This document shows, piece after piece, positions 38,807 to 51,820 of a stretch of 64,000 bases of DNA. The position numbers and the translations under genes were made by a program. The stretch comes from Pristiophorus japonicus (Eukaryota). The notes under the pieces were generated by a model. The model worked only from the letters and a program-made list of their open reading frames with translations, searched no databases and was not told the DNA's origin. The stretch spans positions 194,742,001-194,806,000 of the forward strand of contig NC_091988.1 of the NCBI RefSeq assembly GCF_044704955.1, read 5' to 3'. Within the stretch, counting starts at the first letter, position 1. Each line of letters starts with the position of its first letter.

Positions 38807-38938
38807 CAAAAGAACATTATGGCTGAGCGCAATGTGCTCCTGAAAAATCTCAAGCATCCCTTTCTGGTTGGGCTCCACTACTGTTTTCAAACAACAGAGA
38901 AACTCTATTTTGTCCTGGACTATGTGAATGGTGGTGAG
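38807..38938 (+). CDS. SGK2: SGK2 exon ([44 protein letters not shown])
   Basis: AG/GT bounded, 132 nt, SGK subdomains III-V. Confidence 0.95.
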
Positions 38939-40576
38939 GTGAGTGGGTGGCCTACTGTGGACTGGGCTTCCTGAAGATTACAGTCCCTTCGTAAATTCTT
39001 TATATCTCGCTTTTATATTTAACTGTTGCATTTGTTTCTCTCTCTTTATTTCCATGCCCTCATATTATTTGTGCTGTTCTCTGCATGGCTTTGCAACTCA
39101 CATAATACTGTAACAGCATTGTACATTATGGGCACAATGCTTCTATTCATGGCCTCTTGAATGTGCTGGAGAAAACTCCCAGCAGCACGGTTCACAGATG
39201 GCACATTTGCCTTTGACCAGCTATTTCCCTGAGCTACTGACAAAATAAGTAGGGAACTCCATGAAATAGATGCTTGCATATTAGGATATCTTTGGACTGG
39301 AGACGAGGACACAATGTGGTTCCATTTTTTGTAGCAATTATATAGACAGGGACATTGCCAAGTTGTGGAGGTAGTTTCTCACAAATAACTTAAGATGGGG
39401 GTCTGGTAACATTTGTATGGAACCCTTCTGCACCTTGATTTCCAAGAGGCATCGTGTATTCATGTCCAAGAAGTCAGCTACCACATGCTTGGTAGGTAGA
39501 TTAAAAGAGATGTCTTGTGTATTTATCTGGTCCAATTGTCATTGCTAGGACTATACACCTTGCTAACAAGCTAAATCCTTACACCTAGAGAAAGTTAGTC
39601 GGAAAGGAATGGTGAATAGGTATCTGAGATGTTTTTACTTCCCCCTCAAACCTGTGTCTGGTCAATGGGATGTGTATGTTACATCTTGGAAAAAAAACAA
39701 CTTAAATTTATATTGTGCTTTTACCATAGGTTTTAAGGAGAGTATTAAAGAGAACTGGAGGTATTTAGGTAAGGAATTCCAGAGTTAGGCTGAAGGTAGG
39801 GCTGCTAATGGTGAAGCATACATAACAATATAAGAACATAAGAAACAGGAACAGGAGTAGGCTATACGGCTCCTCGAGTCTGCTCCGCCATTCAATAAGA
39901 TCATGGCTGATCTGCTCATGGACTCAGCTCCACTTCCCTGCTGCTTCCCATAACCCTTAAGCCCTCATCGTTTAAGAAAATGTCTATTTCTGTCTTAAAT
40001 TTATTCAATGTCCCAGCTTCCACAGATTTACAACCCTATGAGAGAAGAAACTTATCCTCGTCTCTGCTTTAAATGGGCAGCCCCTTATTCTAAGATCATG
40101 CCCTCTAGTTCTAGTCTTCCCCATCAGTGGAAACATCCTCTCTGCATCCACCTTGTCAAGCCCCCTCATAATCTTATACATTTCCATAAAATCACCTCTC
40201 ATTCTTCTGAATTCCAATGAGTAGAGGCCCAACCTACTCAACCTTTCCTCATAAGTCGACCCCCCTCATCTCCGGAATCAACCAAGTGAACCTTCTCTGA
40301 AATGCCTCCAAAGCAAGTATATCCTTTCGTAAATATGGAAACCAAAATTGCATGCAGTATTCCAGGTGTGGCCTCACCAATACCCTGTATAGCCATAGCA
40401 AGACTTCCCTGCTTTTACACTCCATCTTCTTTGCAATAAAGGCCAAGATTCCATTGGCCTTCCTGATCACTTGCTGTATCTGCATACTATCCTTTTGTGT
40501 TTCATGCACAAGTATCCCCAGGTCCCGCTGTACTGTAGCACTTTGCAATCTTTCTCCATTTAAATAGTAACTTGCT

Positions 40577-40820
40577 TGTAAAGTCCTTACACAATACCAC
40601 AAATCCACATGAGGCACATTCTATGGACAAGGTCACTCTGTGACCTGCACCTTTATTCAAAGTGCCAAGAAGTGATGACCCTGCTTGGAACCTCCCTTTA
40701 TATACCTGGATGACCAGGTGAGAAGTGTCTCCTACAAGTTCACCCCCTGTGGTCAATGTGTGCATTTCTCAAGTATACACAGTATTGCAGTGTTGTTACA
40801 TGAAGGTTACATACATGACA
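40577..40820 (-). repeat. 3' LTR of Gypsy 2
   Basis: TGTAA...TGACA, about 11 substitutions versus the other LTR. Confidence 0.95.
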
Positions 40821-43800
40821 TCACCTCCCCCCAACGTCTTATTGGGATCACAGGTTAAGTCTTTCGGGTGGTCTGTGCTCCCTCGTGGAATGCCGCAGTT
40901 GGGGCTCTGGCTGTTGAGCCTTGGCCTGCGTGTCTGTCCTCTGTGGTGATTCCGGCCTGTCCGGGCTGACCGCAGGGACTGTGCATGCTGCTGAATGTTC
41001 TTGTTGCTCGTTCACTGGCGGTGGTGTGAATACCATCTCATGATATTCCTCAGGTTCCTCAGAGTCCATGCTGAACCTTTTTTTTACTTGGTCCAGATGC
41101 TTGTGGCTTATCTGCCCATTGTTAAGTTTAACTACGATGACCCTATTCCCCTCTTTGTCTATTACAGTACCTTCAAGCCATTTGGGCCCCAAAGTGTGAT
41201 TGAGAACAAATACGGGGTCACCAATTTCTATACATCTCCCTCTTGAATTACGGTCATGGTACTCATTTTGGGACTGGCGCTTGCCTTCAACAATGTCGGA
41301 CAAGACAGGATGAATAAGGGACAGCCGAGTTTTGAGTGTACGTTTTATTAGTAGCTCCGCGGGCGGGACCCCTGTGAGCGAGTGCGGTCGGGACCTATAG
41401 GCCAGCAGGAGACGCGATAGGCGGCATTGAAGGGAGAGACCTTGAATCCTGAGCTTGCCTTGTTTTATGATTTGGATCGCACGTTCCGCCTGGCCATTGG
41501 AGGCCGGCTTGAACCGTGCTGTCCTGACATGGTTGATGCCATTACCCGACATGAACTCCCGGAATTCGTAGCTAGTGAAACATGGGCCATTATCGCTAAC
41601 AAGGATGTCCGGCAAACCATGGGTCGCAAAGACCGCACGTAGACTCTCCACAGTGGTGGATGTCGTGCACGAATTCAAAATGATGCACTCGATCCATTTC
41701 GAGTATGCATCAACCAGGATGAGAAACATTTTCCCTATGAACGGGCCCGTGTAGTCTACGTGAATGCGTGACCATGGCCTAGTGGGCCAGGGCCAGGGCT
41801 GAGCGGGGCCTCCCTGGGGGCATTACCCAGCTGGGCACACGTCGTGCACCTGCGAACACAGTGTTCCAGGTCTGAATCAATTCTCGGCCACCAAATGTGT
41901 GACCGAACAATGGCCTTCATCAGCACGATGCCTGGGTGCTCGCTGTGGAGTTCCCTGATGAAAGCTTCCCTGCCCCTCTGGGGCATGACTACTGGGCTGC
42001 CCCATTGTAGGCAGTCAGCTTGGATGGAGAGCTCATCCATCTGCCTGTGAAACGGTCTGACCTCCTCAGGGCATGCTCCGTGTGCGGGCGCCCAATCCCC
42101 AGTCAGGACACACTTCTTAAAGATAGGAAGGGATCTCTGTTGGTCCAGATTTTGATCTGGCGGGCTGTGATGCGGGAGCCTGCGCTGTCAAAGGCATCAA
42201 CGGCCATGACCATCTCAGCGCTTTGCTCCGCTGCCCCCTCAGTGGTGGCCAGTGGAAGCCTGCTGAGCACGTCAGCGCAATTTTCAGTGCCGGGCTGGTG
42301 CCGGATGGTGTAGTCATACGCAGCCAGCGTGAGAGCCCATCGCTGTATGCGGGCTGACGCATTGGCATTGACAGCCTTGCTATATCTGACAACAGGGATG
42401 TTAACGGCTTGTGGTCCGTTTCTAATTCGAACCTCCTGCCAAAAAGGTACTGGTGCATTTTTTCACCCCATAGACACATGCGAGTGCTTCCTTCTCAACC
42501 ATCCCATATCCACGTTCTGCTTGACAGAGCGACCTGGAGGCATAAGCCACAGGTTGGAATTGCCCCTCAGCATTGCACTGCTGCAACACGCACCCAGCCC
42601 CATAGGACGATGCATCACATGTCAGAACCAATTTCTTACATGGGTTGTACAGGGTCAACAACTTATTTGAACAGAGTAAGTTACCCGCTCGATTGAAAGA
42701 CCGTTCTTGACAGTCCCCCCAAAACCAATCGCAACCCTTACACAGGAGCACGTGTAGCGGCTCCAACAATGTGCTTAAGTTCGGCAGAACGTTCCCGAAA
42801 TAGTTCAAGAGTTCTCGAAATGAACGCAACTCCAATGTGTTGCAGGGCCTGGACGCTCGTCGAATTGCCTCTGTTTTGGATTCGGTAGGCCGAATCCCAT
42901 CTGCAGCAACCCTCCTGCCCAGAAACTCGACTTCGGGAGCCAAAAACACACACTTTGGTTTCTTGAGTCGCAGGCCTACCCGGTCCAGTCGGCGTAGCAC
43001 CTCTTCCAGGTTGTGGAGGTGTTCCTCGGTGTCACGACCCGTGATGAGGATATCGTCCTGGAATACGATCGTTCCAGGAATGAATTTGAGCAGGCTTTCC
43101 ATGTTTCTTTGAAAGATTGCGGCCGCTGATCGAATGCCAAACGGGCACTTGTTGTAAACAAACAGTCCCTTGTGCGTGGTGATTGGGGTCAGTAGTTTGG
43201 ATTCGTCGGCCAGTTATTGGGTCATGTAGGCTGATGTGAGGTCCAACTTGGTGAACAGCTTGCCGCCTGCCAGGGTGGCAAAAAGATCCTCTGCTCTCGG
43301 AAGCGGGTATTGGTCTTGTAGGGACACCCGGTTGATAGTGGCCTTGTAGTCACCACAGATCCTGACCGAGTCATCCGCTTTTAACAATGGGGCTCGCCCA
43401 GTCGCTGAATTCAACAGGCAAGATGATGCCCTCTCTCAGCAAACGGTCCAATTCGCTTTCAATTTTCTCCCGCATCACATATAGCACAGCTCTGGCTTTG
43501 TGGTGCACTGGTCTGGTGTCCGGGATGATGCAAATTACTATTTTGGTACCTTTGAACTTCCCGACGCCAGATTAGAATAGCAACTCAAATTGCTGTAGGA
43601 CCTGTGAGCATGAACTTAGCTCCATAGATGACACTGCGTGCACATCCCCCCATTTCCAGTTCATCTCAGCTAACCAGCTCCTCCCCAACAGTGTGGGACC
43701 ATTGCCCGGGACAATCCAGAGCGGCAGCCGGTTCACTGATCCATTGTGTGCGAGAGTCAACATTGTACTGCCTAGCATTGGAATGATTTCTTTGGTGTAT

Positions 43801-45048
43801 GTCCATAATTGAGTCTCAATGCGTTCTAGTTTAGGTCTGCTGGCATTCAGTGGCCAAAGCTTTTCGAATTGTTGAACGCTCATGAGTGACTGGCTGGCCC
43901 CTGTGTCCAGCTCCATGCATACCAGGATGCTGTTTAATAGGACCTTCATCATCATAGGTGGCGTTTTGGTATATGAGCTGTGAATGTTTGCCACATGAAT
44001 CCGCTGAACTTCAGCATCCATTGATTTACCCCACGTGTCATCCTGCCTCGCAGACCCCTCTTCTGGTCCATCCACCTCGTAAATTAGCCTGGTCACAAGC
44101 TTCCTGCACATTCTAGCTAAATGGCCAGTGAGGTTACAATTTCTGCAGGTGAACTGTTGAAACCTGCAGTCCTAGCAGCATGTCTGCCCCCACACCTCCA
44201 GCATGAACTGAGATTCCCATTGTTGTGAACAAAAGAGCTGTTACCAGGCATTCCTCGCTGATTGTCCCTTTGACTGCTCTTGAGCACCTGTTAGTGGGTG
44301 TCAATGGCCCCATCCCAGAACGCATTGTCCACTGGGATGGCGTAAATGTCCATTCAGCCTGCAATTGTCTGTGTTGAAAACCTGTTCTGGAGTCTATTGC
44401 TGCCTGAGGTGTGTTGAACTGCCCTTGCCTGCCTGCTGGGCTCTGAGTCGTGTTTATGATATTGACCCCTGATCCATCGCCACGTTGGAGTCAGAGTTGC
44501 ACGCGTATATTATCTTGGTTTCCTCCTCCCCCGCCATAAAAGTCTGAGCCAGCAAAGCCGCCGCTTCCAAGGTCAAGTCCTTGGTCTCGATTAACTTTCT
44601 GAAAATCCCAGCATGACCGAAGCCCTCAATAAAGAAATCCCTTAGCATCTCCCCTAAGCAGGCGTCTGTGAACTTAGAGGCTGGCCAAGCGCCGGAGGTC
44701 CGCAACGAAGTCCGGTATGCTCTGTCCTTCACGACGTCGGTGGGTATAAAATCTGTGTCGGACCATGTATATGCTGCTCGCCGGTTTGAGGTGCTCTTCA
44801 AAGGTTTTGTCCGTCGGCTTCTTGGGTGCTAGCAGGTCTTTCATGAACACATAAGTCTTAGATCCACAGCTGGTCAGTAGATGAGCCCTTCGCTTGTCGA
44901 CCGCTGCATCTCCCAGCCAGTCCTTCGTGACAAAGCTCTGCTGAAGCCTCTCAATGAAATTGTCCCAGTCCTCACCAACACAGTACCGTTCCTCTGTGCT
45001 ACCGGTGGCCATTCTCGTGGGTCGTTGATTCCCATTTCTCGTCGCCAC

Positions 45049-45292
45049 TGTAAAGTCCTTGCACAATACCATAAATCCACACAAGGAACATTCTATGGAC
45101 AAGGTCACTCTGTGACCTGCACCTTTATTCACAGTGCCAAGAAGTGATGACCCTGCTTGGGACCTCCCTTTATATACCTGGATAACCAGGTGAGGAGTGT
45201 CTCCCACAAGTTCACCCCCTGTGGTCAATGTGTGCATTTCTCAAGTATATACAGTATTGCAGTGTTGTTACATGAAGGTTACATACATGACA
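45049..45292 (-). repeat. 5' LTR of Gypsy 2
   Basis: direct repeat adjacent to PBS TGGCGACGAGAAATGGGA. Confidence 0.95.
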
Positions 45293-47118
45293 TTGCTCTT
45301 TAATTTTTTTTCTGCCACAGTGCATGACCTCACACTTTCCAACATTATACTCCATCTGCCAAATTTTTGTCCACTCACTTAGACTGTCTATGTCCTTTTG
45401 CAGATTTTTTGTGTCTTCCTCACACATTGCTTTTCCTCCCATCTTTGTATCATCAGCAAACTTGGCTACATTACACTCAGTCCCTTCTTCCAAGTCGTTA
45501 ATATAGATTGTAAATAGTTGGGATCCCAGCACTGATCCCTGCGGCACCCCACTAGTTACTGGTTGCCAACCAGAGAATGAACCATTTATCCCAACTCTCT
45601 GTTTTATGTTAGTTAGCCAATCCTCTATCCATGCTAATATATTACCCCCAACCCCCTGAAATTTTATCTTGTGCAGTAACCTTTTATGTTGCACCTTGTC
45701 AAATGCCTTCTGGAAGTCCAAATACACCTCATCCACTGGTTCCCCTTTAGTCACCCTGTTCGTTACATCCTCAAAGAATTCCAGCAAATTTGTCAAACAT
45801 GACTTCCCCTTCATAAAGCCATGCTGACTCTGCCTGATTGAATTTTGCTTTTCCAAATGTCCTGCTACTGTTTCTTTAATAATGGATCCTAAGGAAGAGA
45901 AGGAAGAATAAGGAAGAGAAATGCACGAGGCCAGTCGAAGGTCTAAGACTAAAGGAGGTTACAGAGATAGAAAGGGGCAAATCAATGGAGGAATTTAAAC
46001 ACAACAAGAATTATAACTCTGAGGCATTGGGGAACCTGGACCTAATTTAGGTCAGGGAGGATGGAGGTGATAGGCAAGTGGAGCTTGGTGCAGGCTAGGA
46101 TATGGGCAGCAGAGTTTTCGATGAGCTGAAATTTATGGAGGGTGGAAGATGGCCAGGAAAGCATTGGAATAATTGAGGCTGTAGCTGATAAAGGTGTAGA
46201 TGAGGATTTCAGCAGCAGGTGGGCTGAGATAGGGTCGAAAACAGATGATGCTACTGAAGTGGAAACCACAAAACTCAATAATTCTCCCGAATTTGTTAGT
46301 TCTAAGGGATTTCTTACAAAAGTTTGGTGGGCATCATTTATTTTTCTCAAATTGTTCTTTTACCTTTGTTTCTGTAAGGTTATAAATTTTTTTAACCCTT
46401 TAGAAAGTCGCAATGGTGCACTAGGTAGCAAGCACAATATAACTATCAAGCAAGATAACTATCGCATGTAATGTGACCCACAGCAAGGCAAATTATTGAG
46501 AAGGAAAGTTGTATTCATGAAACACCTTTTCAATACACACCATAATATTCAATCTGTCTTGTTTTAATGGTCCAGGACAGCAACTAAAAGCAGGACATGA
46601 GGAAAGAAAAAGGAGTTTGAAATCTTCCACGCTCTTCTGATGTTATAAGTTAAACCTGTAATTTTATTCATCCCACACCATGACCAAAACAGCTACATTG
46701 CAGTTTTAACAATAAACTGAAATCCTAAGCGTCTCTTTACAGTAACTTTACTAGGTAGCTGGGTCCTACTGATCAGGCTCGAGAGCAAGGGGAAAAGTAA
46801 GAGGCAGGCTAAAGCAATGCAGTTCTTCCAACATTTGGAAGATTGTGGAAATATTGGTGAAAGTTAAAAATATTCTAGGGACGAGACCACGCTCAAAGGA
46901 AATTCTTCTGCCTAAGGTGCAGGCTCGAAGGGCCGAATGGCTTACTCCTGCACCTATTTTCTATGTTTCTATGTTATATACTATTAACACTGATCAGTTT
47001 GTCCACAACATTTTAATCCAGAGGGCCGTCAGTGGAAACTCCATGTAATGCTATATGACTGCCAGGAATCAAGTCTTGACACGTTACAGCTACTGAGTTG
47101 CAGTTTTTAATTTTGCAG

Positions 47119-47231
47119 CTGTTCTTTCATTTGCAACGAGAACACACTTTTCCAGAGCCTAGAGCTAGATTTTATGCATCGGAAGTGGCCAGTGCTATAG
47201 GATATTTACATTCGCTCAACATTGTTTATCG
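47119..47231 (+). CDS. SGK2: SGK2 exon ([38 protein letters not shown])
   Basis: ttttgcag acceptor, gtgagt donor, 113 nt; [14 protein letters not shown] is SGK2-type. Confidence 0.95.
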
Positions 47232-47324
47232 GTGAGTTCTGCTGTAAAGGGATGTTTTCTGTAACTTTGTTTTGTAAAATTCCCAAGCCTCTAGTCGAGT
47301 GTTAGATCTCACTTTGTATTCCAG

Positions 47325-47361
47325 GGATTTGAAGCCTGAAAACATTCTCTTGGATTCCCAG
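47325..47361 (+). CDS. SGK2: SGK2 exon, catalytic loop (DLKPENILLDSQ)
   Basis: 37 nt, AG/GT bounded, completes YRDLKPEN. Confidence 0.95.
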
Positions 47362-47426
47362 GTACTATTAACAATCTTCCCAGTTTTTTTAAATAACACA
47401 AAATAGTCACAGCACCCTGTTAATGA

Positions 47427-47543
<117 letters not shown>

Positions 47544-47863
47544 TGACTAGTAGGTTCATATTTTGTTTGGCCAGTAAGGGTTCAATCGTCAAAGCAACTC
47601 TGTGAAGAAAGAACATATAAAGCATAGCTTTTACAAGTAATGAAAGTTTCTGTGTTCAATCTGCAAAGTATTCATCAGCTTAAGTTTAAATCAAATATTT
47701 GTCACATTTCTTTCTATAGGGTTTTTTTATGGCTCTCACCTGACACCTACCCTTTCAGTATATAAAAACCAAGTTGAAGGCAATTGTATCTGGGAAAGCA
47801 AGTCACGACGTACATTCAAAACTATTAATGTGTATTTGAGCTATTAAGTGACAATCTACTCTT

Positions 47864-48727
47864 ATGTGGGGCCACCCCAACCTGTGAGAGGACACCACCG
47901 CAGGTCGGGCTATAAAAGAGCATGCCACTACAACTTCCACCGTGAGCTGCAACAAGTGTGCGGCGATTTCAAGGTGGACGACTGGGTAACGTCGTCAAAA
48001 CCCAGGTCGCCATTTGGAGAGTGGGTAGGAGCATCGGCGGGGCCCAGGTGCAGCGGAGGAGCGGGAAGGTCAGGGCGGATTAGCGGCGAGAGATCGTGGC
48101 GGAGGTGCAGCGAGATATCGTGGCGGAGGTGCGGCGAGATATCGTGACGGAGGTGCGGCGAGAGATCGTGGCGGAGGTGCGGCGAGAGATCGTGGCGGAG
48201 GTGCGGCGAGAGATCGTGGCGGAGGTGCGGCGAGAGATCGTGGCGGAGGTGCGGCGAGAGATCGTGGTGGAGGAGCGGCGAGAGATCGTGGTGGAGGAGC
48301 GGCGAGAGATTGTGGCGGAGGTGCAACGAGCGATTGTGGTGGAGGTGTGGCGAGAGATCGCGGCGGGGGAGCGGCAAGAGATCGTGGTGGAGGAGCGGCG
48401 AGAGATTGTGACGGAGGTGTGACAAATGAGGGTATGTGGCCCAGAAAAGCCGAGGGCCCAGGGGCAGCACGGGCCACACTAGGTCCGTGCAGCAAGGCAG
48501 GTCTCTAGTCGTCCTGGTTAACCCTTGCCACTGGATAAAGGCCTAGCTCTGTCAAGCCCATGTGGTGGCTGGTGTGCAATGGTCACCACACGTTAAAAAA
48601 ATCCACGCAAAAGCATCTTCCATCCCTTCAATTGAAGTTCAGGACTGGAATATCGGGTCTTTCACTGAAACATCTGTGAACTCGTGGAAGCAAGTCATCC
48701 TTGTTCGAGGGACCACATATGATGATG
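47864..48727 (+). mobile_element. composite non-autonomous RTE-derived retroelement with internal VNTR
   Basis: 6-bp direct repeat ACTCTT on both flanks; 3' end gtggaagcaagtcatcc...gagggac..tatgatgatg shared with RTE copies in this window. Confidence 0.7.
48083..48420. repeat. 24-bp GC-rich VNTR, about 14 copies
   Basis: unit gcggcgagagatcgtggcggaggt. Confidence 0.95.
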
Positions 48728-49071
48728 ACTCTTTCCTAGCCTGTCTCTAAAACTACTGGCTGAATCTTGTCTACTGCCTTGTTTTTCATTAACCAGTATA
48801 TTGCACCAATTGGTGTATTGGTCATCCTTGTAATAATGGAGAATGAACACCTAGGATTGTCTACCTAATTGTCTCACTGAGAGTGCAAGGATATTGCAGT
48901 GTAATGGATGAGTATTCATGTGTAATGATCAACTTCTGACTGTTGGTCATATTTCTAGGTGGTTGACGAATGCTGATGGTATACTTTTTGTTTGGTTTCG
49001 TTTTGTTCTTGTGCAGTGATTAATGTACTTTCAATTGGTTACTGCTTTCATTTCATACTCGTAAGGCGTGA

Positions 49072-49284
<213 letters not shown>

Positions 49285-49359
49285 TAAATTGAAAGTTGCT
49301 GACTACTCTGTTTAGTATTGTGATAATGGTAACAATGAGGAAAAATTGTAAGAATTCTC

Positions 49360-50127
49360 GGGGCTGAAATTGCCCACCGCCCGAAACGAGTCGCATCCAC
49401 CGTTTTCGATGTATTCCGTCCGCCCCAATGCATGGAGCAGCCAATCGGGAGAAATTCAGCAGTTCATGCTTTTTTTTTTGCAGCGGGGTGGAATTGGCCT
49501 CATCATCGGGGCAGAAGTGGTGGCGGGTCGGATTGGCCAATGCTGCCCGCTGATGACGTCATCGCGCTGGCGCTTCTCAACGTCCCTCAGTTAAAGGGGA
49601 GGGCCACTGCGAACTCTGCAGCCACTTTAGTGGCAAACACTGGGCCACCAGGGAGGGTTTCAGCAGGGCCAGCAGCCTGGCACGCAAGACAGGCTGCCTG
49701 TTGGCGGCCCGATTGAACCCGCGGCCATAATTGTTGGCCTGACCTGGCAGTCAAAAAAAAAAACATGGAGTCGCCGGCAGTGCTACCCTCCCTTTAATGG
49801 CGGCCACACCGCCAAGCCACAGAAAGGGTACCGACAGCAAAAGTTGTCAGTGACACTGATGCCACTCCCGCGCGGCAATTCCAAAAAGGGGCAATTTCCC
49901 GTGGAGCAATTTCGCAAAAGGGTCACCGCCGGTCGGTAAGGGGTCGGCACATGCACGAAGTGGCAGGAAAACGGGCGGAGCGGTCCCGTACACTATTCCA
50001 AAAGTAAATGATGGCAATGTTCAAAATGGCAGCCCCTCCGCGGCAACTCGGCAGCCAGTCCGCACCAACCCGTGGCTGCTGCTTTCAAGAGGCCACGGGC
50101 CTTATAGAAAGGGACAATTTCCACCCC
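49360..50127. mobile_element. GC-rich non-autonomous DNA transposon, Harbinger-like
   Basis: imperfect TIR ggggctgaaattgccc / gggacaatttccacccc; sharp GC step against the intron. Confidence 0.6.
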
Positions 50128-50348
50128 TTAAGTCATGTTCTGGTAGCTTGAAACTTTATCCAATACATAGCAGCTCAGTGATGAAAGTAGTTATCAAATT
50201 TGGGTCTAAAAAGTTTAGAATAAACTTCTACATTTATTTTTACCCTTGTGCAAGTTGCTCTTGAGTCAAGTCTAAATGACACATTTGAGGCTTATTTCCT
50301 TCACAGATTTGGTCAGCGAGTTAATGATTCTTTCCTTTATGTGGACAG

Positions 50349-50504
50349 CCACCCTTTTACAGTCGGGATGTAGCTGAGATGTACGATAACATTGTCCACA
50401 AGCCGCTCCACTTGCCAATGAGAATATCAACAGCTGCTCGTGATATTCTAATGGGACTTCTACAAAAAGACCAAAAGAGAAGATTAGGAGCTGAAGCAGA
50501 TTTT
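50349..50504 (+). CDS. SGK2: SGK2 exon ([20 protein letters not shown]...[11 protein letters not shown])
   Basis: 156 nt, AG/GT bounded, PPFY PY motif of SGKs. Confidence 0.95.
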
Positions 50505-50569
50505 GTATGTGTGCATTTTGTATATGACTAAACACTGGACTATTATGATGATGCTTTACATTGTTTAGA

Positions 50570-51660
50570 AAGAAAGCTAATGCAAGACAGTCAGTGTAGT
50601 TTTAGGAGTGGGAGATAATGCTCTACTAACTTGTTGGATTTTTGGGAGAAAATGGCAGACCTAGTAGATCGGGGAGAGAGAGACAGTGAATGTCATCTAT
50701 TGCATTTGAGAAAGGCATGTGACACTGTCCAACATAATAGGCTACTACATAAGGTAATTGAATTGATGGAATGTATTAAAATAGAGTGGCAAGTGTTTGA
50801 TGGTAGTCTACATAAGTATTAAAGCATGAGCAGGTATCTGGTTGGCAGCCAGTTAACTGTGGAGCGCCACAAGGTTCTGTCTTGGGGCTGCTGTTGTTTA
50901 TAAATGATTTAGAGTAAGGAATTGAGTCCAAAGTGTCCAAATGATACCAAATTATGATCAGTGACAAATGATAAACATCAATGCGCACAAATTGATCAGC
51001 TCAAATAATGGGTGGAGAAATGGCAGATGCAATTTAATACAGGGAAGTGTAAGATGGCGATTTGGTAAAGGGAAGGTTGATGTGGATTATGTGCCAAATT
51101 GGAATATCTTTCAAGTATAAGAGGAGAGCAATCTTGGAATTTTAGTAGACAAGCCACCAAAACCATCAGCACAATGTTCCCAGGCTGTTTTATTTAAAGC
51201 AAATAGAATGTTGGAATGCATATCAAGGGGCATAATATATAAATGCAGAGATGTCATTTTAAAACTATATTTAGTCATGGTGACACTGCATCTGGAGTAT
51301 TGCATGCAGTTTTGGTCTCCCTATTAAAAAAGGATATTCTGCTGTGGAAGGTGCAATGACCAATGTTCCCTGTAAGCTGTGTGACCGCACAGCGCTCCAG
51401 GGAACTCGCGCAGCTGACTTTTCAATGTAAAAAATGCGCATGAGTGGTACTTTGAATGGCCCTTAGTGGGGCCACTCAGGTGCAAAAAAAATTACAGGGA
51501 ACATTGGCAATAATGTATGAGGAAAGATTGACTACACTTTTGAAAAGAGAAGATTAAGAGGGGATTTGATACAAGTCTTTAAAATTATGAAAGGTGTTTG
51601 GCAAATTGGATAAGTAGGTGGAACAGATTATTGGCACAGGTGGTGGAACAAGAAATCTGT
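50570..51660 (+). mobile_element. old degenerate CR1 with inserted MITE
   Basis: remnants of GFR.GR.CSTNLLDF, G.PQGSVLG, HLEYCMQFW. Confidence 0.7.
51361..51506. mobile_element. hAT-type MITE (~150 bp); relatives at 7599-7756 and 11932-12081
   Basis: perfect 15-bp TIR CAATGTTCCCTGTAA; imperfect 8-bp TSDs (gcaatgac/gcaataat; atcacagg/atcacagt at 7.6 kb). Confidence 0.75.
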
Positions 51661-51820
51661 AATGGGTTTCAAAAAATAACTAAACAGATTTTTGTCAACA
51701 ATTGGATTCAGTGTTAATAGAAATGCACCAAGGTGATACAGTGAATAAGTTGGTTAGATGAACCAAAGGTATTCTCCTGTCTGAAACTGTACATTTTCTT
51801 AAACTTCGTTCTTCTACTAT

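Larger units (their letters stand above)
40577..45292 (-). mobile_element. full-length decayed Ty3/Gypsy LTR retrotransposon 2
   Basis: two 244-bp LTRs, perfect TSD TTGCT, PBS 45030-45047, PPT 40821-40832, gag, protease (LDTGA), RT (VFQDD), RNase H and integrase broken by frameshifts and stops. Confidence 0.97.
39830..45888 (-). mobile_element. CR1 LINE split by Gypsy 2 (39830-40576 and 45293-45888)
   Basis: QHGFMKGKSCLTNL, YLDFQKAFDKV, GVPQGSVLG, KFADDTK; colinear across the TSD. Confidence 0.92.

Noticed and set aside
40848-41729. 293-aa integrase ORF as a domesticated gene
   Set aside because: Lies inside an LTR element with TSD whose other domains are frameshifted; residual open frame
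48083-48420. CRISPR-like regular repeats (also 918-1038 and 60856-60994)
   Set aside because: Head-to-tail tandem units with no unique spacers, no cas genes, eukaryotic context
47928-48495. Repetitive ORFs (RHDLSPHL, APPPRSLA, AEVRREIV)
   Set aside because: Translations of a stop-free 24-bp VNTR in several frames; no evidence of a protein gene
49360-50127. Intronic CpG island as internal promoter
   Set aside because: Bounded by inverted repeats with abrupt GC steps; better explained as a DNA transposon
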